Source: Dictyostelium discoideum (taxonomy: Eukaryota). Taken from it: DNA of 64,000 nt. This document shows positions 57,362-64,000 of the stretch, one piece after another; position 1 is the stretch's first letter, and each line of letters starts with the position of its first letter. The stretch covers positions 3,168,001 through 3,232,000 of the forward strand of contig CM000150.2 of assembly GCA_000004695.1 (NCBI GenBank). Direction: 5' to 3'. The translations under genes and the position numbers were made by a program. Under the pieces are notes generated by a model. The model saw nothing but the letters and a program-made list of their open reading frames with translations, ran no database searches and had not been told where the DNA came from.

Positions 57362-57869
57362 TTAATATTTAAACCTACATCTGTTTGAATTACTATTTAA
57401 TTTCCTTATTACAGATGAAGAGCTTATTTGTCTCTCAAGTCTAAAAACACCATTTTCAAATATTAATAAACATTCCATCTCTTTACAAGGTTTATATGCA
57501 CCAAAGAAATCGAATTTCTCATTAGTTGATGTATGATTATGCTGTATATGAATTGAGCCTTGATTCATCTTTATTAACGCTTTACTTGTATCCAGACTCT
57601 TGGGTTTAAGATTATCTATTATAAATTATTATTATTATTATTATTATTTTTATTTATTATTATAATTGTTTTTTTTTTTAATTAATTTTTAAAAACAGTA
57701 GACTAAAAATATTTATATATTTATTAAAAAAAAAAAAAAAGTGATACTTACATTGTAATGTATGATATTGTTCATTATTAACAAAATCACTATCCCTCTC
57801 CATTGTGGGACCTATTTCAACATCATATGTCATATCATTCTCTGGTTGTTTAATATTTGATGTTGCCAT
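57362..57869 (-). CDS. EAF (ELL-associated factor) homolog, N-terminal EAF domain, 2 exons (+ probable third exon 55232..57108)
   Basis: Minus strand. Exon 1 is 57752..57869 (MATSNIKQPENDMTYDVEIGPTMERDSDFVNNEQYHTLQ), with a GTAAGT donor. The intron is 57616..57751. Exon 2 starts at 57615 (YNLKPKSLDTSKALIKMNQGSIHIQHNHTSTNEKFDFFGAYKPCKEMECLLIFENGVFRLERQISSSSVIRKLN). The motifs Y(D/N)xKPxSxDTS ... KxCxLI...G.(Y/F).LE...SSS match the EAF family. Exon 2 either runs to the stop at 57362, or it is spliced at a GTAATT donor after 57394 (phase 1) to the downstream S/D-rich ORF. Confidence 0.65.
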
Positions 57870-58603
57870 CTATCTAAATATATTTACAATACTGATTTTT
57901 CTTTTCTTTTTCTTTTTTTTTTTTTTTTTTTTTTTCCTATTAGAAAAAAATATTAAAAAAATAAAAAAATGAAAAAATATATAAAAAAAAAAATTTTAAA
58001 AAAATTAAAAAATACAGTTATTAGATAGTAATAAAAAATTAAAAAAAAAAAAAAAAAAAAAAAGAATAATATAATAAAATAAAAAAAAAAGAAACATTGA
58101 ATTATTTTTGTTGGTAATGGTTGACAAATAAAATTAAAAAAAAAAAAGAGAAAAAAAAAAACTTTTCATTTTTTTTTTTTTTTTTTTTTTTATTATTTTT
58201 CTTTTTTTTTTTAATTTATTTTTTTTTTTTTTTTTGGACTTAGTGTAAATAATGTGTTAAAATAAAAAGAAAAAAGGTGGTTTAAATTTAAATTTCTAAA
58301 AATATCTCACAAAAAAATAAAAAATAAAATAAAAAAATAAAATAAAAAAATAAAATAAAAAAATAAAAATAACTAAAAAAAGATAATAATTTTTTTTTTT
58401 ACTTTTTTTTTTTTTTTTTATTTTTTTTATTTTTAAATAGATATATAAATAATTGATTAATTTAGTTTTTTTTTTTTCCTTTTTTTTTTTTCCTTTTTTT
58501 TTTTTTTTCCTTTTTAGATTTTCTTTTTTTTTTTTTCCTTATTCCAAAGTTAACTTTTTTTTTTTTTTTTTTTTTTAAAATTTAAATTTAAAATTTTTGA
58601 AAT

Positions 58604-60519
58604 TTAATCAAAACCTAATTCTTTATGACGAATATATCTTAAGCATTGTACAAACATAATGACAGTTTCAGGAACACGACCTTCAACTAACCATTCACCA
58701 TTACCAATCTTTGAAACCAAAGAACCTCTTTGAGAAGACCATTTGAAGGATAATTTTGTATTTTGATTTAAGTACTCATTATTTGTTTGATCCCAAATAT
58801 ACTTTAAGAAAGGTTCATTTGAATTTGGATTATACCAAGCCAACCAAACACCATTCCATTTACCATGACCCAAGTTTCTAGTGGTATCGGATGCTGGCAT
58901 TAAGAATTGACCATTCCAATTGTATTTGATTTCTTTTGGTTTAATTGAAGTATCCAAGAAATCGGTATTAAATAAAGTTCCATCAGGACGATAAGTCCAT
59001 TCTTCGCCATGACTACTTCTAATAATACCACCAGCCATTGATTTTCTTTTATTCTCTCTATTATTTACAACACTATTACTACTACTACTAGTTGCACCAC
59101 CACCACTACCACTACCACCACCACCACCACTAGCAATACCAATAGTTTCTAATAAATTCTCTTTAATATATAAATTTATACAAGATTGATTTGTATCAAA
59201 ATTCTTTCTTGGTAAACCATCAATTGCCAACATCCACAAAGCACTTTCCTTTTCATTTGAGCCTCTAAAAATAAACTTTTGACCACCAACAATCTTTACC
59301 ATCCAACAATGTTTATATTCATACTTTGTAACTGGTGTAATTGATATGATTGAGTTTAAAGAGATTTCTTTTTTTAATTTTTTCGATTTACTCGAATGAA
59401 TTGATAATTTCTCTGGTGATAAAGTTAACCATTGTTCTTTCCAAACCACCAATGGTCCTTTTTTACCTTTTTTAATTAACATACCAGATTTATAGAGATA
59501 ATCATCTTCCTCTGGTTTATAGATTTGTGTGATATTCTCAGCAGATGGCACCAAGAATAAAGAGTTTACAAGTTCAGATGGTATATCAACCTCTGGTACG
59601 ATACCAGTTTCAATGAATTGTCTAGTTGCACGAATAAATGATGCCAAAATCGATGCTCTCTTCTCGGTGATATTTGATTTCTTAATTTCAATTTCAATAC
59701 CCAATAGTTTCTTTGCAATAATTGAAATCGATTGAGCCACAATATCCATCTCTGTCAATGAATTGAAAACTTGATTATTTTTATTTACACCATGTACATT
59801 TTGTTGTTGATTTAAATTTGAATATGCATTTGAAAATAATGGTGATGATGTATTTGATAATGATGATAATGTTGGAGAATTTAATGTTGATATTGATGTA
59901 TTTGAATTTGAATTTGAATTTGAATTTACAATTTGTTGTTGTTGTTGTTGTAGTTGTTGATTTATTTGTACAGATGATGAAGTTAATGAAGATAATGAAG
60001 AAAATGATGGAGATGGTGAAAGTATACTATCAATATTATTAATATTCCTATTGATTGGTGTTGGTGATAATGGATTATTTGTAATGATTTTACTATCAGT
60101 TTCAGAACTTGAAATCGAATCCAATGGTGATAGAATCTTTGTAATGATTTTAGTATTGGTAATTAAATAACCAAATTCAGAATTGATAATATCACCACTC
60201 GATTGAGGATTAAGAATATCTGGTAATGATAATACTGATCTTTGATATTCGCCTAATCTACCCAAAATAAATTCAGCATTCTCTATAACTTGTTTACGAA
60301 TTTGTGACATTCTTTCATTTTGAATTGATTTTCTTGATTTAACTTTATTAGTTGTTGGTGATTGATTACCACCAGGTGATAATACCAATTTATTTAATAC
60401 TGGTGATAATGAAGTTGACGATGACGATGATGACTTTGTTGTTAAACTTGGACTTGATGGTGGTGAATTTAATAATACATTTGCATGTGATGGAGATGAT
60501 GGCTCATTCTCTTTGTCAC

Positions 60520-60552
<33 letters not shown>

Positions 60553-61060
60553 AGCAACCTTTTGTTAAATATTCAGAACCAGATAATGGTGCATAGATTT
60601 TCATAACTTCATCAATTTTCAATTGCATTGATGCACGCATTGATTTTCTATGAAGTGTATTATGTTTAGTTTTATCTTTACTATTGGGTGTGTTTGTAAT
60701 ACTATTACTACTGAAACTCAATTGGTTGTTGTTATTACTATTGTTATTACTAAAGTATTTATTATTATTATTATTGTTTAATGGTGATGACAATGGTGAG
60801 GAGATATAACTTTGATTCGATGGTACTGAGGAGTGAAGTGATAAAGCATTGGTTGTTGATTTACCACCCAAATCAAATTGAATACCTTTGGATTTTTCAG
60901 ATTTTCCACCAATTATTCCACTTCTTAATGTAGCGGATCTAAGTTTACTTAATGGACTACTACTCTCTTTGGCTCCATCTAAATTCTTTCTCTTTTTTAA
61001 TCCATCTCTTGATAATTTTGACATATCATTTTTATTATTTAGTGGTGAAGCTGTTGACAT
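58604..61060 (-). CDS. PH-domain protein (818 aa) with S/N-rich N-terminal half and a conserved Trp-rich C-terminal domain
   Basis: Single ORF. The PH domain is YKSGMLIKKGKKGPLVVWKEQWLTLSPEKLSIHSSKSKKLKKEISLNSIISITPVT...HCWMVKIVGGQKFIFRGSNEKESALWMLAIDG. The C-terminal ~170 aa (WTYRPDGTLFNTDFL...NWNGQFLMPAS...GHGKWNGVWLAWYNP...WLVEGRVPETVIMFVQCLRYI) is non-low-complexity and has no assigned fold. Confidence 0.8.
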
Positions 61061-61440
61061 TATAATTATTTTATTATTATTATTATTGTTATTATTATTA
61101 TTATTATTACTATTACTATTATTATTATTATTATTTATTTATTTATTTTTACTTCTTTTTATTTGGTTTTGTTAATTAAAACTAAAATTAATTTAATAAA
61201 ATAATAATAATAATAAATTAGTATTAATAAATTAAGTTATTTGAATTAAAAAAAATAAAAACAAAAATAATAATAATAATAATAATAATAATTAAAAAAT
61301 AAAAAAATATAAAAAAAAAATAAAAAATAAAAAATTTATAATAATAATAAATAATATATATTATTGGGTAAAATATTGTTTGATCATTTTAAAGTTATAA
61401 TATACTATAGTGGTATTGTGATTTTTTGTTTTTTATTATA

Positions 61441-61524
<84 letters not shown>

Positions 61525-62290
61525 TTTATATTTTTAATTTTTTTTTTTTTTTTTTTTTTTTTTTGATTGTGTGAAAAGTTAAAGATAATATATTTTGTAG
61601 TATTAATTCTATGATTGGAGCATATCAATGCTATTGCTATTTGATATGTTTACTTTTTATCTATATAAATCTATTGATAACATTTTTTAATTTTATATTA
61701 TATTTTTTAATTTTATTTTTTATTATATTTTTTTATTATTATTATTATTATTTTATTATTATTATTACTTAATAACAATAGTTTTTTTTTTTTAATTATT
61801 GAAATAAAATAATTTACCATAAACCATATAATAAAATTTATTATTATTATTTTAAATTAATTATAGATAATAAAAAAAAAAAAAAAAAACAAATTGATTT
61901 TTTTTTTTTTTTTTTATTTTTTTTCCTCTTTTTTTTTTTTATAATTTTTTTAATTCAAATTTTGGCGCACTCCCTCACAATTGTTGAACGAAATAAAAAA
62001 AAAATTTCAAATAATTATTAAAAACACCAACAGTCTCAAACAAAGATATTTTTTTTTTTTTTTTTTTATTATTTCTATTTATATATTTTATATATTAAAG
62101 GAACTCAATCTATCAAAATTTAATATTAAAAAAATAAATAAAAAAATAAATAAAATAATAAATTAATTATTATTATAATTTTATTGTAAAGAAATATTTA
62201 CTATTTTTTTTTTTTTTTTTTTTTTTTTATATTTTATTTATTTATTTATTTTTTTTTTTTTATATTTTTATTATTTTTTTTTTTCGTCTA

Positions 62291-64000
62291 CAAAGAACCA
62301 ATTATTTAAAAAACCAATTGCAATAACTGTGCTTTCGTTTAACCCATTGTGTTTATTCTTCACTAATTTCATTAGTAATAGTTTTCAAATTTGAAAGTAT
62401 CAGATGATGTCAAGCTTTTTGATAAATTCTGGATAAAAAATATAAATAATGAAAAATGATTTTAATTAGTATATAATACACTATTACAAAATTTTAATTG
62501 ATAAATGTATAACATACAGCAATTAGTCCACTATCATTTCTAGCTATCTCTTGTAATTCATTGGTAAACTTGTTTTCTTTTGGATTTGCTGAACTAAGAA
62601 TTCTACCAAATCTAATTAAACTTGAAAATCTTTTCATTTCTTTTTATTTAGTTTATTTTTTTTTTTATTTTTTTTTTTTAATTATTTGTTTAAAACTATT
62701 GTATTTTAAATTAATTGTTTTTTTTTTTTTTTTTTTTTATTTCTGATTGTGCTTTTATAGTTTAAAAACATATGTACTGACACTTTAGTAGGTGTCTGTC
62801 CCTAAAAATTTCTTATTCATAAATTATAATTTTCAGACTCAGATATTTTTTTTTTTAAAGTGTCAGTCTCCTTTTTTTTTTTTTTATTTTTTAAATATGG
62901 GTAATTAAGAGTGTCAGTATTAAAATAAATAAAAAAAGATCCAATTTAATATTAAATTCTATTTACAAAAAAAATTATTTTGTTTTTATTTTATTTTAAT
63001 TTATTTTTTTTTTTTAAATACGTTTCAAATAATTCCTAATAAAATCCTGCACAAAGAACCAATTATTTAAAATACCAATTGCAACTAATGGACTTTGATT
63101 ATATGTATGACATGGATGTACTTTAGCTATTGAAAAAAATAAAAAGCCTTAAACTTTGAAGATATCGAATGTTGCAAACCCTCTCTCTATCAAAAACTAA
63201 ATAAAAAATAAAAAAATGAAAATGATTAGTAATTTATTAAATATAATATATAAATAAATATTTGATTGACATGTAAAACTTACAACAATTAATTCATCTC
63301 TTCCACTAGCTTTATATTGTAGTTTAAATTAATTGAGAAATAAATTTTGATCTCTTTGTTGGATTAGTAATAATAAAAATTGCACCAACGCCAATTAAAC
63401 CTATTATTGTTCTTGAATACATTTGCTTTTGTCACAAAAATAATAAAAATAAATAAATAAATAAATAAATAAAAAATTTTAAACTTAAAATACCAAAAAC
63501 CAATTTTATTTTTTTATTTTTTTTTTTGATTTATTTTTTTTTTTTTTTTTTTTTTTGATATTTCCTTTTTTAAAAAATAATGCACTTCTAGGTTCCTTTT
63601 TTTCATATTAAATTTTAAATATTTGAAATTAATAGGGGGTTTATTTATAAAAATATAATAATAATTAAAATTTTTAAAAAAAACCCCTAAAAAATTTTTA
63701 TCTGGGGTATATATATAATTTAAATTATAATAAAAAAAAAAATAAAAAAAAAAATAATAAATAAATTTTAGTGTTAATAGAAAGTTTGTTTTATTTTATT
63801 TTATTTTATTTTATTTTATTTTATTTTATTTTATTTCAAGTACATATTTTAAAAATAAACTAAACATTTAAACTTTTAATAAAGAACCAATTCTTTAAAA
63901 AACCAATTGCAACAACTGAATCTGTACTATGTGGTGGAGGATTTAAAAATGCTAATGAAAAAAAGATATGATCTTCAATTGTGAACAAATCTAATAATGC
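62291..64000. repeat. Tandem array (>=3 units, ~760-830 bp each) sharing a highly conserved ~45-nt core with two CCAAT boxes; array continues past window end
   Basis: Core occurrences are 62291-62340 (acaaagaaCCAATtatttaaaaaaCCAATtgcaataactg), 63049-63095 (cacaaagaaCCAATtatttaaaataCCAATtgcaactaatg) and 63882-63925 (taaagaaCCAATtctttaaaaaaCCAATtgcaacaactg). Flanking sequence between cores is only weakly alignable. One example is the acatcatctgatactttcaaatttg / acattcgatatcttcaaagtttaagg segment. Confidence 0.55.
62372..62637 (-). CDS. Small 2-exon ORF inside tandem unit 1 (58 aa), hypothetical
   Basis: Minus strand. Exon 1 is 62518..62637 (MKRFSSLIRFGRILSSANPKENKFTNELQEIARNDSGLIA), with a GTATGT donor. 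The acceptor is ttatccag. Exon 2 is 62372..62428 (NLSKSLTSSDTFKFENYY*). The equivalent region of unit 2 (minus 63280-63422) has a homologous exon (…NPTKRSKF…KASGRDELIV + GTAAGT) that carries an in-frame stop. This suggests a small gene family with pseudogenised members. Confidence 0.25.

Overview
AT-rich (~75-80% A+T) eukaryotic genomic window. It has the hallmarks of Dictyostelium discoideum: poly-Asn/Gln/Thr coding tracts, short AT-rich introns with GTAAGT/GTATGT donors and (T)nAG acceptors, (ATT/AAT)n microsatellites, a DUSE-type ncRNA promoter, an ex-B box behind a tRNA gene, and a TRE5-type retrotransposon nest upstream of that tRNA. About 22 protein-coding genes are supported. In window order they are: a secreted cupredoxin-like protein (window edge); an F-BAR/RhoGAP protein; a formin carrying a C1 domain; an MFS transporter; a NEK-like kinase fused to a GNAT acetyltransferase; a TatD nuclease; two tandem IRE1/RNase L-like kinase-KEN paralogs; a small secreted protein; an EH-domain protein; Dr1/NC2beta; mitochondrial ribosomal uL24; MAK16; a Zn2Cys6 + PAS transcription factor; a TauE/SafE permease; a profilin-like protein; an EAF homolog; and a PH-domain protein. 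RNA genes are a U2-like snRNA and tRNA-Thr(AGU). The window ends in a tandem array of ~0.8 kb units that share a double-CCAAT core. Splice junctions were derived by hand from the printed sequence and may be off by 1-2 nt; the region 50.6-51.3 kb is the least certain. The observations judged most novel are: (1) the tandem kinase-KEN paralogs, whose 5' halves are strongly diverged while their 3' halves are almost nucleotide-identical, one copy carrying a SWIM zinc finger; (2) the NEK-GNAT fusion; (3) a single-gene EAF model in which an (AAT)46 tract is intronic; and (4) the terminal tandem array.
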